Source of the DNA: Sphyrna mokarran
Taxonomy: Eukaryota
Direction: 5' to 3'
Assembly (NCBI GenBank): GCA_024679065.1
Contig: JAGIQG010000003.1
Location: 33,232,001 to 33,296,000, forward strand
DNA: 64,000 bases
Shown: one piece after another, positions 1-13,085 of the stretch
Layout: the number at the start of each line of letters is the position of its first letter
Position numbering within the stretch: the stretch's first letter is position 1
Program-made: the position numbers and the translations under genes
Notes under the pieces: model-generated
Databases searched by the model: none
Told to the model about the DNA's origin: nothing
What the model saw: the letters and a program-made list of their open reading frames with translations, nothing else

Positions 1-335
1 TTGTTTCAGAATCTCTAGGACAGACTTGTGCCAATAGTTACTGGAACCTTTTTTTTCTAACCTTTTCCTCAAAACCCTCTTGGATTCAGTTTTAAGCTGA
101 GTACGTGATAGCACTGAGAATGCTACAATATCCCTGACATTTTAGATAAGTATGTCAATGGTGTCTCAGGTTTAACTCATCACCAACAATACAAAAGATT
201 AGAAGTCAGAGGGAAGTTATTAGTATTACATTTCATTGTCCTGAAGGTGTGCATGTTATGTTTCGACACACAATGTCTGAAACCTGAAAGTGAACGTCAG
301 TTATGTTGCAAGTTATAAATATTCACATTCATTAC

Positions 336-389
336 CTGTGTGCGGAGAAGCTCTTCTTGCAGTTGTTCAGCTTTGTCCTTGTCTGATAC
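336..389 (-). CDS. OPA1: OPA1 exon 6 (54 nt; VSDKDKAEQLQEELLRTQ); the gene continues beyond the left window edge
   Basis: Acceptor ttttcag and donor gtaatg. The peptide matches the recalled human VSDKEKIDQLQEELLHTQ; phase 0/0. Confidence 0.95.
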
Positions 390-2501
390 CTGAAAAACAG
401 TGAAGTAAATTAAACGCCCAAATGAAAATCCTTGAAAAATATTTTTTAGGCCTGCTCATTTTGATACTACAGAAGAAAAAAATTCAACCAACAAGCAATT
501 TTTTTTTCACTTAACATCCTAACAGCAAATTCAGCTACACCACATTGCAAATCTACCAAAACGCCACCTGAAATCTCAAAATTTTAGTCAAACCTTATTA
601 CAAACATCACATATTCAAATCTCATTTACTGTGTCAGTAAAATATGGTGCTACAATTAAACTTCCTTATCAGAAATTTGTCGATGTTACCACATAACTTA
701 GCAGTGGTTAATTTCATTACAACCCGGGTTTCCCTCTGAACTTTAGCCAGATCCAAGAAATTGTCAATTAACTGAGAGTTATGTATGGTGAGTTTGTTAT
801 AAGTTCGCTTGTGATGATACATTATGAGAATTTGGCAAAGTCTCAATGAATATTTGAATGTTAGTAAACAATTAAACAGTAATATTTACATAACTTACGA
901 TGCTAGCATTTAACTGGCATAATGGATCAGCTGCCTAATCTAGAAACTGCTCAATTTTAATTTTCACTGATTTCAATGCTCGTAAAAATAAATGGGACTC
1001 CAGTTTACCATACCAGCTTTATGCCAAGGTGTTAACTTCAAAATCTACCCTCATATTTTTATGCCCAATTAAGACTGTATTTGTATTTTGTCAGAAATTG
1101 TTATAAACATTTAGCCTGTTAATCCAAATTAGACATCTGATACAGCAAGATGTTAGGATATGACAACAATGAAAAATTAGTTAAAATACAGGAGGTTGAA
1201 ATTCTCAGAAGTGCAACCCTTCTCAAAAGTAACAATCAGCCCATAATTGACCCATAATTGTGTGCGAATATCTAATTTGTTAGAGATGCGGTGATGGCAA
1301 TGGTTTATCAACTAGCATCGCAACATGAATTTTTACATTAATGCTTGCTGAATTAAGGGATAGCACAGACAGGGTTAGAAATCGGTCTGTACTTATGCAT
1401 TGTAAGTCAGGTATGGTATTGAGCTACAGTGCAACATAACCCAGGCCTGAAAATTTACAGTATGCAGAACTAGAAATTATTTCCAGCTACTTACACATTA
1501 ACTTCAGAAGTTGGATGTCAGTTCATGAGCTTTACTTAAATTACATCGATATACGTCTACATTACTAAAGGGTATTAAGATTTTTTAACATCTTTATTCC
1601 ATTATCCTTCATAAATAAAACAAAAAGGTTGCCTTATGAAGGTAACATGGAAGTGGTAGAGCTTACTGTAATATGTAATTTTCCATTTTACAAATGAAAT
1701 AATTGAATAATTTCTCATTCAGACATTTTAAATATGTAGAGATGAAGATAACTATAATAAAATGAATGCATCTCAAGCCAGTTAGAATTAGAGCTCAGAG
1801 CTAGAAACAGGCCTCTCAATGCAAATGCAATATGAGGATGTCAGTATTCCACTCCAGGATCCTCCAGCCCTCTTTATCTAATCCTGTCAGATTATCTTTC
1901 TATTCGTTTACATTGATGTAACCTAATTTGATCATACTGTTAAATTGCATTTATCAAAATAGGTAAACAAACCTCAACTATATTTCTACCTAATGAATTC
2001 CTCCTCTCCTCCTCCAAAAGAAAGCAGTTTGCACATGAAACAATCATTGCTGTATCTAAACCCTTATTAACATTGGTAATCAAAGACACAAGTTGCAACT
2101 TCTGGGCCATTTCAAACCTTGATGCATGAGGCAGAACTGCATCCACAAATTCAACATGTACAAATGCTAATTAAAATGTGTTAGGAGTCAACGTAAAACA
2201 ACGTAGTTTGAGTGCAGGTAATTTGTGAAAACAAATCATAAACTTCATGCACACAATCCACGAATGACCAGATAATCAGTAAAATTGTTTGCACATATCA
2301 ATAATAGCTCATTTCCACTGTATTTTAAAAGGTCCCCTGGGTTGTTGTTCACAGACAGCCATATATCAAATGGTTTTTTAAATAGTATTTCCTTTAACAT
2401 ACAATACAAATGAGCTTTTCAAATATGCATAACATCCCTGAATGAAAATCAGTGGCAAGGAATCAAGTTGGGTTATCTCAAATGATGGTACAATCTATCA
2501 C

Positions 2502-2612
2502 CTTTCGTCTCTGCTGAGAGGAGCCAGAGTTTAACTGCTCGGCGACCCTGCGCGCTGCTTCTTCATGCTCCTGGATTTGCTGCTGGATTAGAATGAGCTC
2601 CCCAAGCACACC
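2502..2612 (-). CDS. OPA1: OPA1 alternative exon 5b (111 nt; GVLGELILIQQQIQEHEEAARRVAEQLNSGSSQQRRK)
   Basis: Near-identical to the recalled human exon 5b (GLLGELILLQQQIQEHEEEARR). Acceptor catgaag, donor gtgata; phase 0/0. Confidence 0.95.
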
Positions 2613-3046
2613 CTTCATGAATTTTTCAATGGGTAAGGAAAAGAATTAGGGAGGAAAATAAAAAAAACACAACATAAAAGACAAATGAACACTTGGAAGG
2701 AACGGGAAAGTATGTAGTGCTTAATGAGTAAAGGGCTGTTACATTTGGTGCCCATTAGTAAGGAGCAAATGAGCTTAGCAAAGGCAGTTTATAATATACC
2801 AATACTCAGGGTCAGACAAAAATAACACACTGAAAGTTAAATCTAAACTGTTACAATCGTCATAATTTAATACAATTACAATAAACACTCCCATTACCTT
2901 AGATAACACATTGACTTCTGCAGAAACATCACAAAATGAATACAGAATAACGCTAACAGTGGGAAACAATAATTATTGACATATTATAAAAATAAAAGTT
3001 TGTTTTAATCTGTATCTTTAATTTTAGGTAAATTAAAGAAGGATTG

Positions 3047-3744
3047 TGTGACCTATTCCAAATACTGCTTGGTAACAAGTCTGGTTTAACTGCTATGGGA
3101 ACAAGAGGCTGAAGTCAGAGAAATTTCAGAAAGGTGCAAAAAAATCACACGCTTGGGATAAAAAGTCAAGAATAACTGCACTAAACAAGTATGGAGACTT
3201 TGGCTCCAGGTTTTTGGGCAGATAAGAGGAGAAAACAGGTGGTTCCATGTGATCAGCAGAGAGGAAAGGTTTTGACTTTTGTGAGCTCCCACAAGGAATT
3301 GCAAGAGAAAAAGTGTCCTATTGAACAAGTGCAACTTGCAGCCTTCTACGGATTCTGGGAAATTTGTTCAGGCATGGCCTGAAGTGCAAGACGCTATACA
3401 GCTACTGCTGGTTTTAAGGAATTCTCTGAAAATTTTTAAAAAATGCCTGGAGATATTCACTCAAAATGGGGAAATGGGTGCTGGAACTCATTGAGAATCT
3501 GCGACCAAATGTGAATGGTTTGCTAAAAGGATTTTAATTCCACTGATCAGTCTGTTGGGTGATAAGTATACAAGAGGAATGTCACTTTAGTAAAGTTGCC
3601 TACAAATAAAATAGCATTTAGTTAATAATTTTTCTCAGTAATTTGTTAAAAAGGTCTAAAACAATAAATCTTGTTGGGTCATTCTTTCAGCTAATAACTG
3701 AAAGTTTTCAGTGGGAAATCATTAATAATTTTGTGAAGGTTACA
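3047..3744 (+). mobile_element. Probable solo LTR
   Basis: TGTGAC...GTTACA inverted termini and AATAAA near 3664. No clear TSD. Confidence 0.4.
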
Positions 3745-4759
3745 AAATTATTGTAACCTTTGGTTCCTAATGAACCCTTGGTTCAATCAGCACCAAATCT
3801 TGTCAGGTCCTTTGCCCTATAAAATATCTGCACAATGTAGTGTACTTGAAAATTGAGTTTCTTAACTTTTGTTTAGAATAAATAAAAATCGAATGTTTTT
3901 TAACTAATATTTAAATGCAATTTGTCCTAATGTAAAGCTACCTTTGCAAACTTAAACTATCTATGCAATGTGTGCAGTGCACATTACACTCCATTTGTGT
4001 CCACAGTAAAAACAAGCAAGTAGAAAAAATACCAGCAATCATATTGCTTCCTGATTTATCTTAGTGTATACTTCTACAAATAAACACACTCACAATTAAA
4101 ACACTCAAAAGAACTAATACTTCCTAATACCCACTGCATATCATCTTCTAATCATAAGTTTCTGTCTCCACAGCTCTGTCCTTCACACTTCCCATTGCCT
4201 TCCCTCAAGTTTCTCTTCTTCATCTTTCAGCACCATATAAATTCTGTGGCTTTCACTACTATTCTTATGATTCTCTCACCCTCCTACATCTCAGCTTTGC
4301 CCTCTGTGTAATCTTTTAAATATTGTTGATCCTGTTATTAACTCTCAGCCATTTGGTGTTTTCCCTCCAACACCATTCTTTATAAGCAGCGCAAAGGGAC
4401 ATCAGTCCAGATTTCCAAAATACAGCAAGATTAGCTGTTGTTAGCCAAGCAGGGGAAAAGTATCAATTTCTTCTAACTTATCAAGTCAAAAATTTGATAT
4501 GTACAACATTCTTAGAAAAATTTATCAATGTATTACTTTGAATTTGGTTTACACTTCAATTTATTATTTTAACACAGATTAATCATATTATTGTTGAACA
4601 TACAATAATTCACTTTGTAAATTGGCTTGTTAAGGAGATTGATACAGCCACAAAGCAGTAAAACACAAAATACAATTGTGCTCTAAGCTGGTGAGGTAAT
4701 ATTGTCCATTCTGTAAAAATTCACATCTCTAGAATAAGAATGTTTCATTGATATGAACA

Positions 4760-5046
4760 AAGCAAATTTAAGGTGACAGGGGATAGATACAAAAGGATCC
4801 AGTGGGCAAATTTTTTCACACAGAGGGTGGTGAGTGCCTGGAACAAGCTGCCAGAGGTAGTGCTGGAGACGGATACAATTGTCTTTTAAAAAGCATTTAG
4901 ACACTTACATGGGTACTATGGGTATAGAGGGATATGGACCAAATGCGGGCAACTGGGACTAACTTAGGGGTTTTAACAAAAAGGGCAGCATGGACAAGTT
5001 GGGCTGAAAGGGCTGTTTCCATGCTGTAAACCTCTATGACTCTAAC
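4760..5046 (+). mobile_element. CR1-type LINE 3' fragment
   Basis: FFTQRVVSAWNKLP C-terminal motif and ctctatgactcta tail. Confidence 0.8.
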
Positions 5047-5268
5047 TCGGATTGGATATGTTCTCAATCACCTTTTGTGATTCGAATAAGTATCAAATTT
5101 GGCCACATTTTTTTGTCCCATGTTTAACTTCCACCAGTTTGCAACAATTGATGCTTTTACTTTTTTCCCCAATTACTCCACATTCAAATAATCAAAATGC
5201 AAACTCCCATCATTCTAAACTTAGGTGAATAATTGAAGAAATCAACTTGTTTTGAATTAGAAACTTGC

Positions 5269-5345
5269 CTTCTTATATTGTTTCCCATTGTTGTCAAATC
5301 CTTGAGAATCAGATGCTTTCATAGCAGTAGCATTTTCCGCAGAAT
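5269..5345 (-). CDS. OPA1: OPA1 exon 5 (77 nt; (D)SAENATAMKASDSQGFDNNGKQYKK), S1 cleavage region
   Basis: Acceptor tttattgcag, phase 1 in and phase 0 out as required. Resembles human GSPEETAFRATD...KHFRK. The donor is AAG|GCAAGT (GC-AG type). Confidence 0.88.
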
Positions 5346-5469
5346 CTGCAATAAACCACATAAGAGTTGACTAACTTTTGCGACCCAAAAGACCAATTTG
5401 AATGTTGAACACCTAAACAAATCTATGATTAAGGGGGGAAAAAAAACAGCAGTGAGTTAAAGATGCAAA

Positions 5470-5870
5470 CAGTACTGATTTTTGCCCATCCATAACTTGA
5501 AAAGTTGGTGCTGAGTTGTTTTCTGTACTGCTGGAGTCCATGTGGTGAAGGGGATCCTATACTGCTGGGAGAAAGGGAGTTCTGAGATTTTAATCCCAGC
5601 AACAGAAAAAGAACTGTGACATATTTCTAAATTAGGATGATGAGAGACTTGGCGGTGTTCCCATGCATCTGCTACCCTTGTCTTTCTAGGGTGATAAAGG
5701 TTGCAGGTCTGGGAGATTCTGTCAAAGAAGCCTCAAAGAATTGCTGCAGTGTATATTGCAAATAGCACATACAGCAGCACAGTGTGCAGGACATGAAGGT
5801 TCAAGGTGATGGACAGGATGCCAATCAACTGAGCTGCTTTGTCTTGAACTTATATAATTTTGGTTAGCAT
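5470..5870 (-). mobile_element. Old non-LTR retrotransposon 3' fragment
   Basis: Resembles a common shark LINE 3' end (ttgcccatcc...ggtgttcccatgcatctgct). Family not assigned. Confidence 0.5.
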
Positions 5871-7838
5871 TGGGCACTTGGGTTAATCCAAAGCATTTCA
5901 CAACAAACACATAAACCTCAATTTATGTATTAAAATTGAAAATCTGAGTAAACTGAGACGTCAAGCATTATAATTGTATATGAAATTTCAACTACATAAA
6001 TTCTGGGTCTGATCAAGATCCTGCTGTTTGCTTGGACTTAATTGACAGCAATCATTTGCAGAAGTATTTGCAGCTGGGCTTGATCAATTTAGATTTTTTA
6101 AAACATTTTGTCTGAGCACCTTCATGAACAATTAACCAACATATATAAAATATTACCCGAGAGCTTACTGATATTATAGTTCACAAATGGGTAATGTATT
6201 GTAAAGGAATTTTGTTAGTGTTGTACAGCTTTTTCTGAGCTGTATTCATCTCCAAAGATTGATAAAGTAGGAAATATTTCCAACAGCCCAAGTTAACAGA
6301 TAGCATATTAAAGTTCTCACATTAAACTATCTGGTTACATCTATCAAGCGGAATAGGGAACATGGGCCATTGAGCCAACATGCAATGAACAAGTGGTTAC
6401 AATATTTTTGAATGTGATAATGTATTGCCTTTCTTTTATAAGGTTTTATAAACATTTTTTTGCAGTCAGTTATTTGTGAAATAAGGAACACATGGAAGAG
6501 GGATATCTGAGCTGAAATGTAGTTAATCACACACTACATTGTAGTTGGCAAAGTAACATATCTCAAGGAATGCAAATGTTCTCTTTAAATATATGCAGTT
6601 ATTTCAATTTTAATTGGTGACAATAATATCTATATAATAAAGCCTCATGACCAGTTTCTATTTAGCGTACAAATTTCCCATCTGCTTTACTTTTTAATTT
6701 TCTATATCTTTCTGTCCAGAAAAAATTCAGACTGTCCAATATTTTAAAGATAGAATAAACACCAAAAAAGCTCTGAGACACACACCTGCAAGCAAGAAAG
6801 AGACTCCTGGTTTTGTTTGTTTAATTTGCAGCATCATCAATTGTTTAAGCCATTTGTATTTGAATTATACCACTGAAATGTGCTGTACTTGAGATTACTG
6901 AAACTTCTACTTTGTTAATGTTGAAAAGTATTTCCCTTTAGGCAATAACAAGACATAATTCAATGGAAGAGAAAAAGGTCAATTATCTCTAATTTTAAAG
7001 TGAATGGTTTCCCATCGTAAATGTAATACATTAAACTGTTAAGAAAGCAGATGGCATGGAGCCTTTGCCACAAGTTTTTGAAATATAATTCATTCACTAA
7101 GATAAACTGAAGCATTTTCCTCACAACATTATTGCTTGGCAACACTCACCTTCATTCAGCTAAGTATTCTGTTGTCTAGTTACATCCTGCTTCATCTTTC
7201 TGGTGACATGCCTACATGCATGCCTTAATTTCAGGTTGTTAACATTGAAAATATTCTTTCACTGAAACAATTTTTAAATTGTGTTCATAATTGAACTTAA
7301 ATTTGTACAAGTTGCTACTTCAGTTTTGCATACAACATTTCACAAAGAATTTACTGAAGTCAAAGGAGGTAAAATGAGCAGAAAATTCTTAGGCCTTTCA
7401 GGCAACTTGAAAATATTTTAAGGTATACTTCTCCAGAAAACAGGTTTTTTTTTCTAGAAATAAGAGCAAGAAAACCTAGTTAATTCATGTTGAACAGAAT
7501 TAGACATTTTTTTATCTGAGGTTTAATTTTAACGTTGTTGTACGCATAAGATGTGGACCATACTCCAGTTTTCAAAATGTGAAAGACTCCAGGAAATGAG
7601 TTTGACTTAGAAATGGTAAATTACTTAACAAATTGTGTCTTGCAGTCACCTCAAAGAAAACATTTTCAGGTGGCTAAATGGAAGTTCTAGTCATCTCAAA
7701 TTTAACCAATTTCAAGGTTTAATGTAAGCCTAAAATACATAGTTCCAATGATGCATGATACTGTAGATAAGACAAAAAGTATTAGTTTTTTTAAACTATA
7801 AGTAGGTGGGTTAATGACAACAAAAGTGATTCACACAC

Positions 7839-7892
7839 CTAACAACAGAAGCACATCAGAGACTCCTTTGACTTCATTATATAAACTTTCAC
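7839..7892 (-). CDS. OPA1: OPA1 alternative exon 4b (54 nt; GESLYNEVKGVSDVLLLL)
   Basis: Acceptor ttttcacag, donor gtgtgt; phase 1/1. Matches the recalled human GHKLVSEVIGASDLLLLL in length and sequence. Confidence 0.93.
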   Translation of the reverse strand: MKVYIMKSKESLMCFCC

Positions 7893-8779
7893 CTGTGAAA
7901 AGGCAGTAAAATGAGAAACACAAATGTAAGTCACATCTTTAACTAGTCTGCCCTAGTGCACAAATGGACTGAAAACACGTGAAAATGACTATGCCACTCC
8001 ATACAGGTGATCACCAAAACCTGAAATGCTGCACTTTAGTCATTTTTTACAATTGATGCAGAACAGATTTTTTCAGTGACGTGGGGTAGAAATTAGATCA
8101 GCCCATTATTTAGCATTATCTAATGTTATAATCTTAAAAGAAAAACTAATAATTTTGTTTTATTCTACATTCCACTCTTTCCAGTATCCAATATCAATAT
8201 CTCCTCACTGTAGCACTACGAAACCAAAGTTGGAACATGACAATCATCTACAAGATATTCATAAAAAGGGCCCTCTCTAACCACACACACACACTCAAAG
8301 AGAATGTTAGTTTGCATGATTTACCATGCCACTAGTCAGCCCATTCTCATCTGACCAATTATCTGTCACTGAACTTCAGCTACTTTGGGACACTACTACA
8401 GTTAATCAAGAAGTCAGACATGACTGTGCGTAATAGAAGCAATTTTATTCTACGATAATGAATCGGAACACATCTAGTATGAATAGTTTGCTCAAAGACA
8501 ACATTTAATCATAAAGGGTTTTCTCCCTGTTGTGAAAGCTTAACCCACAATGCACAATTTTTAAAGATATTAATTTGTGCCATTTTGAAACCTCCATCTA
8601 TTTTGCTTTCTCCAAAAGAAAAGGAAATCAGCCAGAAAGGCAAAATTTAAAGAGCTCAGCGTCTACATCTGGAATCTCTGATTCAATGTCAACTAAATTA
8701 GCAACAAATGAAATTATGAACCAACTTGAATTTAGGTAGAAGCGTTAATACTAAAAAAAAACTATGCCTTATCACAGAA

Positions 8780-9870
8780 GCCCAATCAGACAAAAGTAAT
8801 TGCCAAGAAAAGAAGATATAAGGAAGGATGATCAGAAGTTTGATCATAGACGTTTTATGGTCTTGCTCACGGATTTATGAAGGGTCTAAAGAAAAGAATG
8901 GTTGCAGAGGCAGAGTGTGTCAGAGATAGAATTACAGAGCATGTAGCCTAGGTAGCTGAAGTCATGGCTTTCAATGATGGCTTAAAGATAGAACAGTCAT
9001 AGAAGAATGGGGAATTTTGAGAAAGAGATTTGTTGGGCTGTAGGAAGTTGCAGAATAAGAAGGCAGAGCAAAAAATGGGATTTCAATCCTGAAAAAGAAA
9101 TATTACATTGGAGATTTTGAGGAACGATGCAAAGTATTACAGCTTGGAAGATAAAATAAGGGTAGCAATAACATGAGCTAAAATTTACAAGTACAGCAGA
9201 TGGGGGAGGAGATTGGAGCAGTGGCCAGGGAAATACTGGAATAGTTGAGTCTCAAGGTGACAAAGGCATTGATGACAGTTGAAGCAGCAGGTGAACCAAG
9301 GCAAGGGAGGATATGAGCAATGTTATGGAGTTGGAAACAGGATTGACAGAGGCAAGTTTATGAAACTCAGAACTCGATCTGGCATGAAACTGGATGTCAA
9401 ACTTTCAAATAGTCTGGTTCAATCTGAGAGCGCAGGAAGAGGGAATAAGATCAGTGGCAAAAACACAAGAGCTGTTGTGGAAGCAATCTGCAGCCCATTC
9501 ATTTATTTGTGGACTTATGCAGAGCAAACAGTTTAATAACATAAAGCAGAGAAGCAGTTGACACAAGTAGAAGAGGGTATACAATGGAAGCTGATGCCAT
9601 GTCTTTAGATAATATAGCCAGGGCACCAAGTAGGTGAGGAAGTAGCTAAGTATAGAATTTTGAAGACAACAGTACAGGGTGAAAACAGAAGTCATTTCTA
9701 GCTACAGTGATGTAATGTATGAAATCCTCTTTTTTGAGAAGTAAGGTGAGGAAATGTTTTTGAAATGAGGGTGGCAGCATCTGCGAGGGGAGCATTTACA
9801 TAGTTACTGAAGATTGGAAATTAGGAAATTGGTGGTCAGCAGTTAAGTAGGTATGTGTTCAGTGGGGGAG
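8780..9870 (-). mobile_element. Highly decayed L2-like LINE fragment
   Basis: Purine-rich + strand with recognisable antisense L2 RT and 3' motifs (aatagttgagtct..aggtgacaaaggcattgatga). Confidence 0.55.
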
Positions 9871-10673
9871 GGGGCAGCGGTGCCATTAATAAAATGCAAT
9901 AATTATCTACATAAACTAGGGATTGTTCACCACTGAAATGAAGTTCACCAATGTATTTAGAAATGCTATGTTCATTTGATCCTGCATTTTACTCAGCATT
10001 GTATTTAATATTTTGGACATTGGACTAAAGAAATCACGACAGGATTTCACAGGTTTTGAGCTTATAATCAAATAATCCGAAACGTTTTTCCCTTCTCATT
10101 GTGTATCATGTATTCCCTAAGATCAGAGTAATGAGAGAACAGGGGGTGCTTCAAATAATGCTGCTCAGAAAACAAGCATTTGACATTTTTAAGCAATCAG
10201 CTCATACTGAAAATGGAATGCCATTTATTTAACCAGTGAATAATTACCAGTAGGAGGGCTGTACATTCCACTTTATCACATGATCCTTCATGATAATTTT
10301 CCAGCAACATTTCAAAATCCCACTGTTTTATTTTGAAAAATGTTCACATTGTTATTGCTACTCCATAACAAGTTGCACTCTGCAGTGTTTATGGAATGAG
10401 AATGTATGCTCACATTGGTTTTTGATTACAATTGCTCATATCCTGCAAAGATCGATTAGCTCAATGATACCTTGCACCTGCTAGTCTAACATTTTTCAAA
10501 GGCTTGAACTTAATAAATGGTTGTTCGGTATTAAATTAAAATTCTCCAAATAAGAACAAAGATTTGCAGCATAACAGCAAGTTCCTCAGAATAATACGCA
10601 AGAAATACCACATCGGGCATCCCAATGGACATTTTTAATATCTCTTCATAGCATATCTCAAATAGATACCAAC

Positions 10674-10778
10674 CTGGCGATAGCAGGCTTTTCAGGTGAT
10701 TCAGGCTTTCTCCAACCTTATCAAAATCAGGTAGCAATTTTGCAAGTTCTGCATCAGAAAACATTTCCCGAACTTTTT
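10674..10778 (-). CDS. OPA1: OPA1 exon 4 (105 nt; EKVREMFSDAELAKLLPDFDKVGESLNHLKSLLSP)
   Basis: Overlaps ORF 10531-10764. The LxPDFDKxxESL motif is shared with human exon 4. Acceptor ctttttag, donor gttggt; phase 1/1. Confidence 0.93.
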
Positions 10779-11249
10779 CTAAAAAGAATTGAAAATATAT
10801 TAATGAAAATATATTAACATATTTTAGATGTATACTCTTTTTTTCAGACAGATGCAGTTAAAATGTTAAAAACATCAGAACTGGGAGCAATAGCAGGTCA
10901 TATAGCTGCTAAAATATCATGACTGAACTTCTAGATCAATTCCATTTCCTCAACCTATCCCCATATCTCGAGTCCCTTCGTACTCAAAAATCCATCAATC
11001 TCAATCTTGAATGTACTCAATCACTAAACATCCACAGCTCATTGAAGTAGAGACTTCTAAAGATTCACATTTCACATCTCTCTAATTGAAAACATTTCTC
11101 ACCTCAATCCTAAATGGGCAACCCCTTCGCCTAACACTATGACTCCAAATTCTCGACTACTTGGCCAAAGAAACAACCACATAGTTTTTCTACCAAAACC
11201 ACAGCTGAAAGCAGCCTTAATTTTTGCTTAGGAATAAACTTTAAAATGC

Positions 11250-11535
11250 AAAGTTTACTTATTAGTCTCAAGTAGGCTTACATGCACAACACAATTCAGT
11301 TACTGTGAAAATCCCCTACTTGCCATATTACGGCGCCTGTTCAGGTATACCGAAGGAGAACTTAGCATGGCCAATTCATTTAACTTGCACATCTTTTGAC
11401 TATGGGAGGAAACCAGAGCACCTGGAGGAAACCCATGCAGACAAGGGGAGAACTTGCAAACTCCACACAGTGATCAATCGGGAATCAGCTAGTGCTATGA
11501 GGTAGCACTGCTAACCACTGTGCTACCATGCAACC
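11250..11535 (-). mobile_element. tRNA-derived V-SINE-like element
   Basis: ggaggaaaccagagcacctggaggaaacccatgcagac core and antisense tRNA-like head ctaaccactgtgctacc. Related copies occur elsewhere in the window. Confidence 0.85.
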
Positions 11536-12634
11536 TCTGAGTACAGGTAACTTTTCCCTAACCAGCCCCTATTAACTTAAGAAAATAAAATGTTTTCTTT
11601 TCAACTTCTAACACCATTTTACACAAATAAAAATAAGTCTGTACAGTCTGTCAAGAGAATCAATATTAAACAAGATTGAAAGTTCCCGGTTCTTCCAAAA
11701 AGAATCATGGTTGTTTTTGATTTCTGAGTGAACAAAGCCTAGGAATCCATGTATTTTGCTAAAAGGCTGAACTTGAAAAATGGCGCAAAATACAAAACTG
11801 TTAGAAGTTTGTATGTGTGCTGCATGTGTGATCAGCAGCCGAGCAGCAGCAGTTGCTAAAATGTTCAAAGACAGCTACTTGGAAAGATTTAGTATAAGAT
11901 CAGTTTCAATCTGGCACCAAGATGAGGAAGATACCAAGCATCCAGCAAAAGTCATCGATAAGCGATCAATCAAATTTAAGCATTTTCACATACAGCAAAC
12001 AGGAAGTAAAAACCACTGGTTCCTTTCTAATTTGCAAATCTAACAGAGAACCAAATTCATGATTGGGACACAACCATGAGACTGATGTAGAAGTTAAAAT
12101 ATAAACAAAATTCTTATAATAAAGGAGATATTTGGCATTCAACAATTATACAATTGTTCTTTCAGGGCCAGTAAAGGTATTGAGCAATAATTATGAACTT
12201 GATATGTTGTTAAAATTCCAGTTACACCTGAGTCCACAAATTACCTTTTTCATGGGTTTTGGGAGATTTTCAAAACCCCCAGTGCTACAGTATAAGTTAT
12301 TGTCAGTTCAATTATTTCTAATGATTGTATATTGGACATAATTAAATATTACAACCTCTGAAGAAGCATAAAAATCACTGACAGCAACTTCTGAACTCCC
12401 AAGTTCAACTGCGCATGTGCAAACATTGGCAATTTCATTATCATCACTGCAAAATCCAGATCAATGTTAAATTATATTTCACTAACCGTGAAAGGAGCAG
12501 AGCAAGAAGTGATTTGTTTAAAAGGTAAAGCTACAGCATAAGAACCAGAACAATCAAGCCACTGTGATATATTGTGAATAAATATTACTCCTCAAATACT
12601 TTTGAATAAACATCTGCAACCAAAAACAGCTCAC

Positions 12635-12731
12635 CAAAGTTAATATGTTCATCGAGATCCCAAACAAAATCTGGAATTATCCACTTGTATGCTGTCAGGT
12701 CTGGCATCATATCCTTCCATTGATCATATGT
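12635..12731 (-). CDS. OPA1: OPA1 exon 3 (97 nt; [32 protein letters not shown])
   Basis: Strong match to human [24 protein letters not shown]. Acceptor tttgttag, donor gtgagc; phase 0/1. Confidence 0.96.
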
Positions 12732-13085
12732 CTAACAAAAGAAAATGCAGGGTAAACATTATTACGCAAGTGAAATACGGTAAATACTGGAAATCAGAAA
12801 TATAAACAAAAATACTGTGATCTCACAGGAAACAATACATGCTAACAAACTATTATGGATATCAAACATTTTTAATTGCAATAATAAATTATCAAAGAAT
12901 TTATATATCTTTTGGTAAATGTTTCACAATTTTAAGCTAAATCTTTACAGTCCATTATGTCTTTGCGTTGGGAAGCACAATCACAGAAATTCCTCGTGAT
13001 AAGCTAAGAAAATATTATTCTTTCCATTAGTCCTTTTTCGTTTTCTCAGCATACTGCCTGCCAAGTATGTAAGTTTCAGACATAC

